The notes beneath the pieces were generated by a model. The model did not search any database and had not been told where the DNA came from. It saw only the letters and a list, made by a program, of their open reading frames with translations. From an uncultured Chloroflexia bacterium (GTDB taxonomy: Bacteria; Chloroflexota; UBA6077; JACCZL01), in the NCBI GenBank assembly GCA_963765765.1, contig CAVXYC010000002.1, forward strand, positions 32,001-96,000: DNA of 64,000 nt, read 5' to 3'. The translations under genes were made by a program, and so were the position numbers. Position 1 is the first letter of the stretch, and each line of letters starts with the position of its first letter. Below are positions 29,892 to 40,227 of the stretch, one piece after another.

Positions 29892-31125
29892 CTAGTTCAT
29901 TGGGCGCTCGCTCTCGAGCTTCTTGAGGAACTCCTGGGTGTCGCCCGTTTTTGAGAGCCACTCTTCATTTGTGGGATCGACAGTTCGCCGGTGCCGGGCG
30001 CCGTAGCCGGATCCACGGCTTCAACATCAGCCGGGCGCTATCTGATTGGCGCTCTTCTCCAGATCCCTGACCTTCCTTAGTAAGAAGCCAGTTGATGAAG
30101 AGCTTGCCAGCCTTCGGGTGGGGCGCGTTGTTGTAGATGGCCGTCACCTCCCCGCCACCGTAGGCAAAGAAGTCCAGCTTCTTGACATGATCCGCCAGTC
30201 CTTCCTTTACGAAATCGGCCATGATGATCGGATGGAGTCCGAACCCAATGGGCACGACGCCCCGAATCAGCGTTTCCACGGACTGGCGCCGATCGCGCAC
30301 AATCTGCGGCTCCTGTTCCACGAATAGTTTGTGGAGAAATTCCTCGCCTTCTCCTCCCGTAGAATCGTGCTCGGTGTGTACACGTAGCCCTGCACCAGCG
30401 AGCTTGTTACGATCTTGCCCTTCCACTTTGGATCGAGGAGATCATCAACGCTCTTGATCTCGTCCTCACCCACCAAGTTGGTATTGATGTAAATGGGCCG
30501 GGTAACGGAAACGCCGAGCGAAACACATGGTCTTTGATGTCTGCCCAGCACCCGTCAAGCCCCTGGTGCCAGACCTTGTCGTCCAGGATATCAGGGTGCA
30601 TCAGCAAGGTTTAACGGGGTCAATGATGCCCTGCGGCTTGAGCACCTGGAGGAGCGGGGTCACGGTGGAAGCGATCACGTCAATGGAATAAATCCCTGCC
30701 TGGCGCTCGTTGGCGATCTTCGGTAGGTACGTGGCTGAGTCCGGGAAGGGCGAATGCTCCGGCCTCGATACCAGGGAACGCCTTGCCGAACTCATCCACG
30801 GACTCACGGTAGCCCGCGCCCGCTGGCGTCTGAACGACGACCCGACCTCTTTCTTGGCGGCTTCAACGAGAGCATCCCATTCCGCCTGGAAGTCTGACTT
30901 TGCAGCGGGTGCCGCGGCCCCCGTCTTGGGCGCCGCTGGAGCGGTTGTCGGGGGGGCTGCTGCCGGGGCTGTCGTCGGTTTGGCTGGCGCGGCCGTTGGT
31001 TGAGCCGGCGCTGCCGAGCTGCAGGCGGCCACCAGCAAGCCCGTGGAGGCTCCTTCACGTCGATAGAGGCGCGGCGCCGTCAGCAGCTCGTTTGCTACAC
31101 GGCGCCCCATCATTCCAAGGCCCAT
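29892..31125 (-). CDS. ABC transporter substrate-binding lipoprotein, copy 4 (type B; many frameshifts)
   Basis: GLLVAACSS, WDALVEAAKKE, FPDSATY.PKI..ERQAG.Y, DLLDPKWKGKI, APHP.AGKLFINWLL; ends ..KKLESERPMN*. Confidence 0.8.
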
Positions 31126-31142
31126 TCCAAGGCCTGGATGGA

Positions 31143-32356
31143 TCAGACGAGCGTCTTCAGGAACTCCTGCGTCTCAGTGATCTTCGGGATAGCTCCTTCA
31201 TTGGGTGGCATCGGCCCAGTCCACTTTCCCGGAGCAATCTCGGGATTGATCACTGGAACGTCTAATCGTGCACTGTTGATCTTAAGCGCTTTGACCAGAT
31301 AGTCTGGCCCTCCTTGGTGAGTAGCCAGTTGGCGAAGAGCTTCCCGGCGTTGGGATGCGGCGCCTTGTTAAAGAGGACCAGAATCTCACCACCCGAGGTT
31401 CCGCCGCCGGGAATGTAGAGTGGCTTGATATGGTTCGCGAGTCCATCGTCCTATGAACTCGTTCAACACCAATGGATGGATGCCGAAGCCGATCCAGGCG
31501 CCACCGCGCACCAGCGTCTCAACGCTCTGGCGGCGGTCGCGGATGATCTGCGGCTCCTGGCCGACAAACAGCTTCGCAGCCAATCTTCCCCTTGGTTGCG
31601 CGCAAGATCGTCGACGGCGTGTAGCACATAGCCTTGCTGGAGGTCGCTGCTGACAATCTTGCCGCCCTTCCATTTCGGGTCCAGCAGATCATCAATATCC
31701 TTGATCTCGTCCTCTTTGACCAGGTTGGTATTGATATACACGGATGGGTTTGCTGAGAACTGGTGTTTGAAGACCATGTTTTGAGCGGTATCAGCCCAGC
31801 GACCCTCAAGACCCTTGTACCAGGCTTTATCATCCAGCGCTTCCGGATGGACGATCTCCGGCTTGAGCGGCTCGTAGGTGCCCTCACCTTTGAGAATCTG
31901 CAGCACTGGCACGACCGTGGTGGAGGCCACGTCGAACGTGAAGACGCCGGCCTTGCGCTCATTCTGGATTTTCGGCACGTAGGTGGCGCCGTCGGGGAAC
32001 GACTGGATTTCCGCTTCGATGCCCGGGAATGCTTTCATGAAAGCGTCGACACCCTCGCGGAAACCAGCACCCACGGGCGTCTGAATGACGACCTTGCCTT
32101 CTTTCTTGGCGGCATCAACGAGTGCATCCCACTGAGCCTGGAAGGTAGAGGCGGCGGGGGCCTTGGCAACGGCAGGGACCGACTCTGGTGCGGTGGTGGG
32201 CGGGGCGGCAGGAGGCGGTGCGGGGGCCGGCGGCGCAACGGCCGGGGCCGAGGTTGGCTGTGGCGGCGCGGCCTGGCTGCAGGCGGCTACTAGTAAGCCG
32301 GTGGAAGCTGCGCCCATCACCCGGATGAAGCTGCGGCGAGTCACTAGGTCAGGCAT
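31143..32356 (-). CDS. ABC transporter substrate-binding lipoprotein, copy 3 (type A; frameshifts)
   Basis: TRRSFI Tat motif + LVAAC lipobox, AAKKEGKVVIQTPVGAG, closely similar to 33953..35131. Confidence 0.85.
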
Positions 32357-32461
32357 GGCGTTCTCCTTGGACCCATTGGGCGGGAGATGCACGAATATTC
32401 AGACGGCTACGTGATCGGCACTGCTCTCGAAAACTCCTTCGTGTCCACTCTTGAATGATTT

Positions 32462-32490
32462 GCGGAGCCGGCTCGACTCGCCGGCTCCGC
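32462..32490 (-). terminator. Hairpin after orphan binding-protein tail
   Basis: gcggagccggc-tcgactc-gccggctccgc. Confidence 0.5.
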
Positions 32491-32502
32491 TGATCACCGT
32501 TA

Positions 32503-32578
32503 CTAGCTGGCCAGGGACTTCAAGAAGTCCTGCGTGGTGACAGTTTTCGCGATCCAGTCTTCCTGAGTAGGACCCTGG
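32503..32578 (-). pseudogene. Orphan C-terminal remnant of a fifth binding-protein paralog
   Basis: Reads GPTQEDWIAKTVTTQDFLKSLAS*, versus DPTQEELIPKISETQDFLKTLAS* in copy 1. Confidence 0.75.
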
Positions 32579-32592
32579 TCGCAGTCTAGGGC

Positions 32593-33812
32593 TTAATTCG
32601 CGGGGCGCTCGCTCTGGAGCTTCTTGAGGTATTCCTGGGTGTCGCCTGTCCTGGGGAGCCAATCTTCGTTGGTCGGATCGATGGTCCTGCCGGAGCCAGG
32701 GGCCGTGGCGGGATCGACCGCGGGCACGTCAAGGCGGGCGCTATTTTGATTGGCGTTCTTACTCCAGATCGACTGGCCCTCCTGCGTAAGAAGCCAGTTG
32801 ATGAAAAGCTTACCGGCCGTGGGGTGAGGAGCCTTGTTGTAGATGCCAGTCACCTCGCCGCCGCCGTATCCGAAGAAGTCAAGGTTCTTGATGTGGCCCG
32901 CCAGCCCCTCCTTGACGAAGTCTTGCATGATGATCGGGTGGAGCCCAAACCCAATGGGTACGGCGCCCCGAATCAGCGCTTCAATGGATTGCCGCCGATC
33001 GCGAACGATCTGTGGCTCCTGCTCCACGAAGAGCTTGTGGAGAAACTCCTCACCCTTCTCGTCGCGGAGAATCGTGCTTGGCGTATAGATGTATCCCTGA
33101 ACGAGGTCACTCGTGACGATCTTCCCTTTCCACTTTGGGTTCAGGAGATCGTCAACGGTCGTGATCTCACCCTCGCCAATCAGGTTGGTATTGATGTAGA
33201 TGGGCCGTGTGACCGACACGCCGTAGCGGAAGACGTGTGACTTCGTCAGGTCGGCCCAGCGCCCGTCATATCCCTGGAACCATGCTTTGTCATCCAGAAC
33301 ATCGGGCCGGATTATCAGCGGCCTGACCGGGTCAATGAAGCCCTGCGGCTTCAGGACCTGGAGGAGCGGCGTGACGGTGGTCGCCAGGACATCCACGGAG
33401 TAGATGCCGGCCTGTCGCTCGCTGGTGATCTTAGGTATATACGTGGCGGAGTCTGGGAACGGTGAGTGCTCGGCTTCTATTCCGGGGAACGCCTTGGAGA
33501 ACTGCTCCACCGACTCGCGGTACCCGGCCCCGGCGGGTGTCTGGACAACGACCTTGCCTTCCTTCTTGGCGGCGTCTGACCAGGGCGTCCCACTCAGCCT
33601 GGAAGTCCTTCGCGGCCGCGGGCGCCGCGCCTTCGGTTTTTGGCACGGCCGGGGCGGTTGTCGGTGGCGCGGCTGCTGGAGCGCTGGTCGGTTTCGCCGG
33701 CGCTGCGGTTGGCTGAGGGAGAAGCGGCTGAGCTACAGGCCGCCACCAGCAGACCCGTGGATGCGGCTCCTGCAAGTCGTAAGAAGTTTCGTCTGGTCAC
33801 GTTCTCTGCCAC
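32593..33812 (-). CDS. ABC transporter substrate-binding lipoprotein, copy 2 (type B; frameshifts in 5' part)
   Basis: MAENVTRRNFLRLAGAASTGLLVAAC Tat lipoprotein signal; body in 32593..33510. Confidence 0.85.
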
Positions 33813-33952
33813 GATGGACTCCCTTCGTGTACCAACCGGGATGTCGCGCCTGATCTCCGTCCTTCAATTCGAGATTGCGCACCCCGAGAACGAGGCGACA
33901 CTGGAGTGTTGAGCTCCAGCATCGCCTCATGATTTGCGGGCGATGATAGGAA

Positions 33953-35131
33953 TTAACTCGCGAGCGTCTTCAAGAAATCCTGCGTTTCGCTGATTTTTGG
34001 GATCAGCTCCTCTTGAGTCGGATCACCGTAATCAACCTTGCCCGGCGCGACGGACGGGTCGACGACAGGTACGTCGAGGCGGGCGCTATTGATATTGAGC
34101 GCCTTGGACCAGACCGTCTGGCCTTCCTTCGTGAGTAGCCAGTTTGCGAACACCTTGCCCGCGTTGGGATGTGGCGCCTTGTTGAAGAGCACCACGATCT
34201 CGCCTCCGGTGGTGCCGGCGCCGGGTAGATCCAGAGCCTTGACGTTATTGGCCAGCCCATCGCGCACGAACTCGTTGAGTACCAGCGGATGCAGTCCAAA
34301 GCCAACGTGAGCCCCGCCGCGGATCAGCGTTTCAATCGTCTGCCGACGGTCGCGGATGATCTGCGGCTCCTGGCCCACAAACAGTCTGCGTAGCCAGTCC
34401 TCACCCTTGGTCTCTCGAAGGAGCGTCGACGGTGTGTAGACGTAGCCCTGTGAGAGGTCACTGGTGACGATCTTGCCGCCCTTCCATTTCGGGTCCAGCA
34501 GGTCGTCAAGCTGCTTGATCTCGTCCTCTTTCACGAGGTCCGTGTTGATGAAGACAGCGCGTGTAGCGGAGAACTGGTGCTTGAACACCATGTTGTGCTC
34601 GGTGTCGGACCACCGCCCATCCAGACCCTTGTGCCAGGCTTTGTCATCCAGCGCTTCGGGATGGATGATCGCTGGCTTGAGCGGGTCGTAGGTGCCTTCC
34701 CCTTTGAGGATCTGCAGCACGGGTACGACCGTTGTAGAGGCGACGTCGAATGTGTAGACCCCGGCCTTGCGCTCGTTCTGGATTTTTGGAACGAACGTCG
34801 CGCCGTCCGGAAAGGACTGGATCTCGGCTTCAATCCCGGGGAACGCTTTCATGAAAGCGTCCACGCCTTCGCGGTAGCCAGCTCCCACGGGCGTTTGAAT
34901 GACGACTTTGCCTTCCTTCTTCGCCGCGTCCACCAGCGCGTCCCATTCGCTTGTCTTGGCCGCGGCCGGCGCGGTCTGCGGGGCTGTGCCAGCCGCGGGC
35001 GCCGCGGTGGCTGCCCCCGAGGCCGGCTGTGCTGGGGCCGCTGCCGAGCTACATGCTGCCGCGAGCAGGCCTGAAGAGGCCGCGCCCAACATCAGCATGA
35101 AATCGCGTCGAGTGAAGTTTCGTGTCATCAA
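33953..35131 (-). CDS. ABC transporter substrate-binding lipoprotein, copy 1 (type A; Fe3+/FbpA-like class; intact)
   Basis: TRRDFM Tat motif, LAAAC lipobox, Pro/Ala linker, APHPNAGKVFANWLLTKEGQ. Confidence 0.9.
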   Translation of the reverse strand: MMTRNFTRRDFMLMLGAASSGLLAAACSSAAAPAQPASGAATAAPAAGTAPQTAPAAAKTSEWDALVDAAKKEGKVVIQTPVGAGYREGVDAFMKAFPGIEAEIQSFPDGATFVPKIQNERKAGVYTFDVASTTVVPVLQILKGEGTYDPLKPAIIHPEALDDKAWHKGLDGRWSDTEHNMVFKHQFSATRAVFINTDLVKEDEIKQLDDLLDPKWKGGKIVTSDLSQGYVYTPSTLLRETKGEDWLRRLFVGQEPQIIRDRRQTIETLIRGGAHVGFGLHPLVLNEFVRDGLANNVKALDLPGAGTTGGEIVVLFNKAPHPNAGKVFANWLLTKEGQTVWSKALNINSARLDVPVVDPSVAPGKVDYGDPTQEELIPKISETQDFLKTLAS

Positions 35132-35155
35132 TGTCTCCCTAGATGCCTGCGGTCG

Positions 35156-36895
35156 CTAGGACACGCCTTTGTAGCCGAATCTCCGTGCCAGGAGTGCCAG
35201 CCCCAGGCTTACCAGCAAGAGGATCGTGGCGATGACCGCCGCAACTTCATACTTGCCTTCCGAGATGTAATCGAGCTGCATGATGGACAGCGGACGAATG
35301 GCGGAATTTGACAGCAGCGCCACCTGCGAAATGTTTCGTCCAGCGGAAATGAAGCTAATGATTCCAATAACGACCAGTGTTGGACTGATCAACGGCAAGA
35401 CGATCCGCCGATAGGTATGCCACCACGAACCGCCAGTGATGAATGAGGCTTCTTCCAGCTCAGTACTGAGCTGACCAAAGGCGCCTTTCATGTTCTGCAC
35501 CGCGAACGGCATGCTGGAGATCATCAGTGACAACACAAGCGTGAACATCGTTCCGTACAGCGGTCGGGCAACCGGCTGGAGGAACATGGTCAAGAGCGCC
35601 AAGCTCAAGATCAGGCCCGGCACGGTGAACGGAAGCCAGGAGAAGTAATCCAGGAACGTGCGGCCCCAGAACCTCGATCGAGTAATGACGTACGCGATCA
35701 AGGAGAAGATGACCAGCGAGGCGACGGCCGTGCTCAGTGCCAGGACGACCGTGTTCTGCAGTGCACGGATAAGCAATCGGTCATTGAATGCCGTCATCCA
35801 GTTGTTAACCGTCCAGGGCTCGGCGGTGAAGAAGCCAAACTTCTTCATGAACGTGGCCAGGAGCGAAGAGAAGATGGGCACGGCAACGATCAGGAACACA
35901 AGGAGGCACAGGAATGCGAAGGCCACCCAGCGCATGCGGCCCAGTTTGATCACGTTGCCCTGAAACTGACCGGTAAGCGTGGTGTATCGACGAGTACCGA
36001 TGATGGCTCGCTGGAGGGCCACGAAAGAGAGACCGACAAGGATCATGACCACGGAGAGCGCCGCCACCGAGTCAAACCGCGGGCGGACCTGCGCAAGCGT
36101 GTCGTAGATCCAGGTGCTCGCCACAAAGAAGCGTATGGGCGTTCCTAGGATCTGTTCGATCTCGAACGCCTCGAGCGAGCGCAGCAGCGCGAGAAACTCA
36201 ACGGCCACGATGGCGGGCAGCATGAGCGGAACGAAGATGCGAATCGCTGTGCTAAATGAGCTTGCCCCGGACACTCGGGACGCTTCCTCGAAGCTGGAGT
36301 TCATGTTGCGGAAGACGGGCGTCAGCAGCATCACTTTGATGGCGATGCTGGTGCCCACCAGGTGTACCCAGACGATTCCCCAGAAGGAGAAGATATTGAA
36401 CGGCCCGATGCCCATGGCCGTGAGGCCGGACGATTGAAGGAATTGGTTGATCACGCCAAAACGTGGGTCGAGCAAGAACACCCATCCCAGGGTTACCGTC
36501 AGGCTCGGGAAGAAGAACGCGATCCAGAAGAGGAACTCGAAGACCCGCCCAAACGGAACGTCGGTGCGCGCGAGCAGCCAGGCGATGAAGACGGCTACGA
36601 CGAGCGCAATGGATTGGCGCGCCAGCGCTACGGTAATGGTGTTCCAGGCTGCGGTTTGCAGAGCGCGATCGCTGAAGACTGACTGCCAGCCATCGAGGGC
36701 CCAGCGCACCTCTTCACCCGGGCGAGACGTTTGAAAGCTCTGAAGGACAATCTGAATGATCGGGTATACCGCGACAACGGCCACGACGATAAGTAGCAGC
36801 GTGCACAGCACTTGCCCGGCGCTCAGTTGTTGGATCCGCGAGGAGAGTGAGAGACGTCGCGGTTGTTCTCGGGAGAGCTCAGCGTTGCCTAACAT
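35156..36895 (-). CDS. FbpB-like fused two-domain ABC permease
   Basis: Two EAA motifs (FEEASRVSGAS; LEEASFITGGS) and many TM segments. Confidence 0.92.
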   Translation of the reverse strand: MLGNAELSREQPRRLSLSSRIQQLSAGQVLCTLLLIVVAVVAVYPIIQIVLQSFQTSRPGEEVRWALDGWQSVFSDRALQTAAWNTITVALARQSIALVVAVFIAWLLARTDVPFGRVFEFLFWIAFFFPSLTVTLGWVFLLDPRFGVINQFLQSSGLTAMGIGPFNIFSFWGIVWVHLVGTSIAIKVMLLTPVFRNMNSSFEEASRVSGASSFSTAIRIFVPLMLPAIVAVEFLALLRSLEAFEIEQILGTPIRFFVASTWIYDTLAQVRPRFDSVAALSVVMILVGLSFVALQRAIIGTRRYTTLTGQFQGNVIKLGRMRWVAFAFLCLLVFLIVAVPIFSSLLATFMKKFGFFTAEPWTVNNWMTAFNDRLLIRALQNTVVLALSTAVASLVIFSLIAYVITRSRFWGRTFLDYFSWLPFTVPGLILSLALLTMFLQPVARPLYGTMFTLVLSLMISSMPFAVQNMKGAFGQLSTELEEASFITGGSWWHTYRRIVLPLISPTLVVIGIISFISAGRNISQVALLSNSAIRPLSIMQLDYISEGKYEVAAVIATILLLVSLGLALLARRFGYKGVS

Positions 36896-37178
36896 ACTTG
36901 CCCCTTCGGGTCGCTGCTGCCTCGTTCATTGAGGATTGCACGCAACTCCGCGTTTTCCACCGCACCGTCGCGTTTCGTCTGCTGGCGTCCGCCGGAAAGC
37001 GCCTGGGCCCCGGCCGATCTGGTACGCATGCCATTCCTCCATGGCTGGCCCCGCCTCGTTGCAGAGCATTCACTGGCAGGCAAGTGGCTTCGCGCTGCGC
37101 TCCATACCTAGCGCCTCGCGTCACCTTCTCGTGAGTGACCTTCGAGCATAATAGGGCGCGAATTCACTCAGCAACAAA

Positions 37179-37220
37179 AAGTCCGGCCCAACTATTAAGA
37201 AGTCTGCTCCAACTATTAAG
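37179..37220. promoter_or_regulatory. 21-bp tandem direct repeat in divergent promoter region
   Basis: aagtccggcccaactattaag followed immediately by aagtctgctccaactattaag. Confidence 0.6.
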
Positions 37221-37318
37221 AATGAAGACGAATAGTGTCTGTGAGGATTGCGTCTGTGCCGAATGTGCGCGCTTCTCAAATGTGAGCAGAACGGTAGAAT
37301 CGCACTGGAGGAACAGCC

Positions 37319-38071
37319 ATGTACGGCGCTCGCGGCCGCATCGGCCACATTTGCCCCTCGATTCCACTCGACATGATCATCAATGAATTCCAGGCGGTGC
37401 TCCCAGACGACGTACTTGCCGTTTATACGTCGCTCTACATCGAGCGGTTGCAAAAATCGGACTTCGATCGTGCAATCGCCACCATTGATACGGCAGCCGG
37501 TCACATGGTGGAGGGCGAGGTTCAGTGCATCATCGTGGGCGGTGGGCCGGTCGTTGCGATGCTAGGCTCGGACGAGGCCGTCGTGGAGCGCACGCGAGCC
37601 ATTGCCAAGGTCCCTACTCAGAGCACGACGGGCGCGATGCTGACAGGGATTCAACAGCTTGGCGCGAAGCGGATCGTTCTAGCAACGCCGTACACCGATG
37701 AGCGAAACGCACTTCTCCGGACGTATCTCGAGAGCCAGGAATTCACCATCGCCGGCATGCGCGGATTGGGGTACGCGCGCGCCATGGACATCTCCAGGCT
37801 GCCCTTCGATGCTACGTACCAGCTAGCCTGCGAAGCGGCTGAAGCCAGCACCGATGCCGAGGCGATCTACATGCCCTGTGCGCGGATGCCCGTGGTGCGC
37901 AATATCGACGCCATCGAGCGAACAACGGGGCTACCAGTGGTCACCAGCACTCAATCCATGGTCTGGTGGGGCCTGCGAGCGATGGGTCTTGATGACAAGC
38001 TCGAAGGATTCGGCCGATTGCTGACCGAGCCACTGCCCAAGGACGCGGCGAGAGCGACCGTTCCGGCCTGA
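37319..38071 (+). CDS. Maleate cis-trans isomerase / Asp-Glu racemase family protein
   Basis: MYG.RGRIG.I.PS, LGAKRI.LATPY, AEAIY.PC, IE...G.PVVTS.Q. Confidence 0.85.
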   Translation: MYGARGRIGHICPSIPLDMIINEFQAVLPDDVLAVYTSLYIERLQKSDFDRAIATIDTAAGHMVEGEVQCIIVGGGPVVAMLGSDEAVVERTRAIAKVPTQSTTGAMLTGIQQLGAKRIVLATPYTDERNALLRTYLESQEFTIAGMRGLGYARAMDISRLPFDATYQLACEAAEASTDAEAIYMPCARMPVVRNIDAIERTTGLPVVTSTQSMVWWGLRAMGLDDKLEGFGRLLTEPLPKDAARATVPA

Positions 38072-38133
38072 GGTTTATGGTATTTGGAGGAGGCGTACGC
38101 CCAGAAGAGCAATATCCGCTCCCGCCGGCCGGG

Positions 38134-39342
38134 TTAAGCCACCGGTGCCTTCTTCAACGTCTCCTTCGCAAAGACCAGAAGGAGGATCATTGAAACCACG
38201 TGCAGCGGGGTAAACGCCAGCATCGCTATCGATGGCGATGCGAACGTGGCCACCGCGCCGCCAAGAGCGGGGCCACACAGTGATCCGGCATCGCCCGCCG
38301 CGCGTCGGAACGATTGGAACTGACCCCGTACTTCGGTCGGAACGATGTCATAGGTATAGGTTGTCATTGCCCCGAGCCCAAACCCGGTTGCGATTCCGGC
38401 GATGATCGATAGTACCGAGAGCAGCGGGATCCCGGTGACGAAGCCGTAGCCGAGCGAGATGATGAGCGAGCAGAGTGCCGCGAGAACTGCCGGGGCCTTC
38501 CGACCGATGTGGTCCGAAACGAATCCCGCGGGCGCGATCATGCCCAGCGTCACTGCGCCTATGATGCCGAACTGAAAGGCAAGATCCGCCTCCGTAAAGC
38601 CCAGCTCATTCACCATGAGCAGTGGCAGAATGCTCTGCTGCGTCTGCATCCGTACAAACGCTGCGAACGTGCCGAGAATCAAGATCACGTATGTCACGCG
38701 GTACTGGGCGGGAAGCAGGTGTAGCTGCGTCAGGGCAAAGGTGAACCCGCCGCTGGACGATCGCCGTGCGGTCCCGCTTTCATGAACGGCCAGGCCGAAC
38801 GCGGCGGATGTCAGGGCGATGATCGCGGCAAGCAAGAACACGGCGTGAAAGTCCAGGAATGTGAGCAGGAATCCACCGATCACCGGCCCCATCGCGGAGC
38901 CAGTATTGGTGAGCCCAAAGATGCCGCTCATCGCACGTCCCCGCTGCCCGGGCGCTACGAGGTCTATCGTGGCCAGCTCGCGGGCCAGGAGCCAGAGGCT
39001 ACCACCGACACCGGCGATGAATTGCGCGGCAAGCAGTAGCCAGAACGTTGGGGAAAGCAACGCGCCGATGCTACTGATTCCGAGGAGCCCTGCTCCGATG
39101 ATCAGCGATTTCTTCGGTCCAAATCGGTCCACGAAGACGCCCGAGGGGAGCCCGGATAGCACGCGTCCAAGAATTTGCGCTGTCACCACCTGCGCGGCCA
39201 TGCCGGGCGCCACGTCAAAGCGGACCGAGAGAGATGGAATGAGTGGCACGATCATCGTCTGTGCCATGGCCACGAACAGTGACGGGATGTAGACGATGGC
39301 GAGCGAGCGGAGCAGCTCATTGCGCTGCGTGACGCTACCCAT
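38134..39342 (-). CDS. MFS transporter
   Basis: About 12 TM helices; G.FVDRFGPK and SDHIGRK MFS loop motifs. Confidence 0.9.
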   Translation of the reverse strand: MGSVTQRNELLRSLAIVYIPSLFVAMAQTMIVPLIPSLSVRFDVAPGMAAQVVTAQILGRVLSGLPSGVFVDRFGPKKSLIIGAGLLGISSIGALLSPTFWLLLAAQFIAGVGGSLWLLARELATIDLVAPGQRGRAMSGIFGLTNTGSAMGPVIGGFLLTFLDFHAVFLLAAIIALTSAAFGLAVHESGTARRSSSGGFTFALTQLHLLPAQYRVTYVILILGTFAAFVRMQTQQSILPLLMVNELGFTEADLAFQFGIIGAVTLGMIAPAGFVSDHIGRKAPAVLAALCSLIISLGYGFVTGIPLLSVLSIIAGIATGFGLGAMTTYTYDIVPTEVRGQFQSFRRAAGDAGSLCGPALGGAVATFASPSIAMLAFTPLHVVSMILLLVFAKETLKKAPVA

Positions 39343-39498
39343 CTATCGAAGTGCTCATGGATTGCTCATGCATGCCCGAGAAGGGCACGACAGTAAATGA
39401 TGCAATGGCCGATAGGGATCCGTGAATGATGGTGTGAGCGCTGCTGACTCGGATGACTTTAGCAGAGACTAAGGCATGGCAGATGCTCATGTCTGCAG

Positions 39499-39542
39499 GA
39501 CATGCAAAAGGCCGTCACGATCGTGACGGCCTTTTGCATGTC
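39499..39542. terminator. Intrinsic (bidirectional-type) terminator
   Basis: Perfect palindrome gacatgcaaaaggccgtcacga|tcgtgacggccttttgcatgtc with A/T tracts. Confidence 0.8.
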
Positions 39543-39567
39543 GAGCGTTCGCTAGATGCCTGGAGAG

Positions 39568-39963
39568 CTAACTCACTAGGGGTGTAGCGGTGACTGATTC
39601 GATCTGACCGCCGAGAACCTGAATTTCGGGCGTGAGACCCGGCCGGTCGTACGTTTCCTGTGACGTAAAACTCACCAACGGAGCTTGAGTTTGGGTGCCG
39701 TTCCAGGAAATCTGCTGGGAATTTGTGATTCCACCAATTTCCACAGTGGGAGCGTGCAGCCGGACCAAACCAGAGATCTGATACGTCCCCGCAGCTGCTA
39801 TCGCGAGGCGTCGCGTGGACATCACGGGCGGAAGTACTGCCGCGCTTACGGATGGAACAGCACCGAACGAGGCCACAGGCGAGCCGGCTAGAGACGCGGC
39901 ACCCAGGGCTTGTCCGGTCATGGCGGTACCGGTGAGTTTGAGAAAGGTGCGTCGCTTCATCAT
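39568..39963 (-). CDS. Small Tat-signal protein of unknown function
   Basis: MKRRTFLK twin-arginine motif followed by a beta-rich mature domain; has its own terminator. Confidence 0.7.
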   Translation of the reverse strand: MMKRRTFLKLTGTAMTGQALGAASLAGSPVASFGAVPSVSAAVLPPVMSTRRLAIAAAGTYQISGLVRLHAPTVEIGGITNSQQISWNGTQTQAPLVSFTSQETYDRPGLTPEIQVLGGQIESVTATPLVS

Positions 39964-40227
39964 GGTGAGTCCAGTCTAGCACGGGGCCCTTGGCCGTGCT
40001 AGCGAAAGTAATCGACGTATCTCCTACGCATGATGACTACGAACGGTTCTACCGGTAACCATCAATGGTGCTCACCAGTGGAGGCAATGGAGGTCCCGTT
40101 CGGGGTTCTTTGTCCAGGCCTTCTTTTCGATATTATGGACAGGAAACCGTGGACCCGAGACAATCGTAGTAGGTCTTAGTGAGCGGCGGCCGGGCCGGTC
40201 GTCAGATTGCCCGTTTGGAGTGACAGC

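Noticed and set aside
36896-37140. Cobalamin or other riboswitch upstream of the FbpB-like permease
   Set aside because: GCCACT is present but I found no B12-box or GGGAA partner motif and recognise no aptamer; needs cmscan.
37179-37220. Mini-CRISPR or plasmid iterons
   Set aside because: Only two abutting copies with no spacer and no rep or cas gene nearby.
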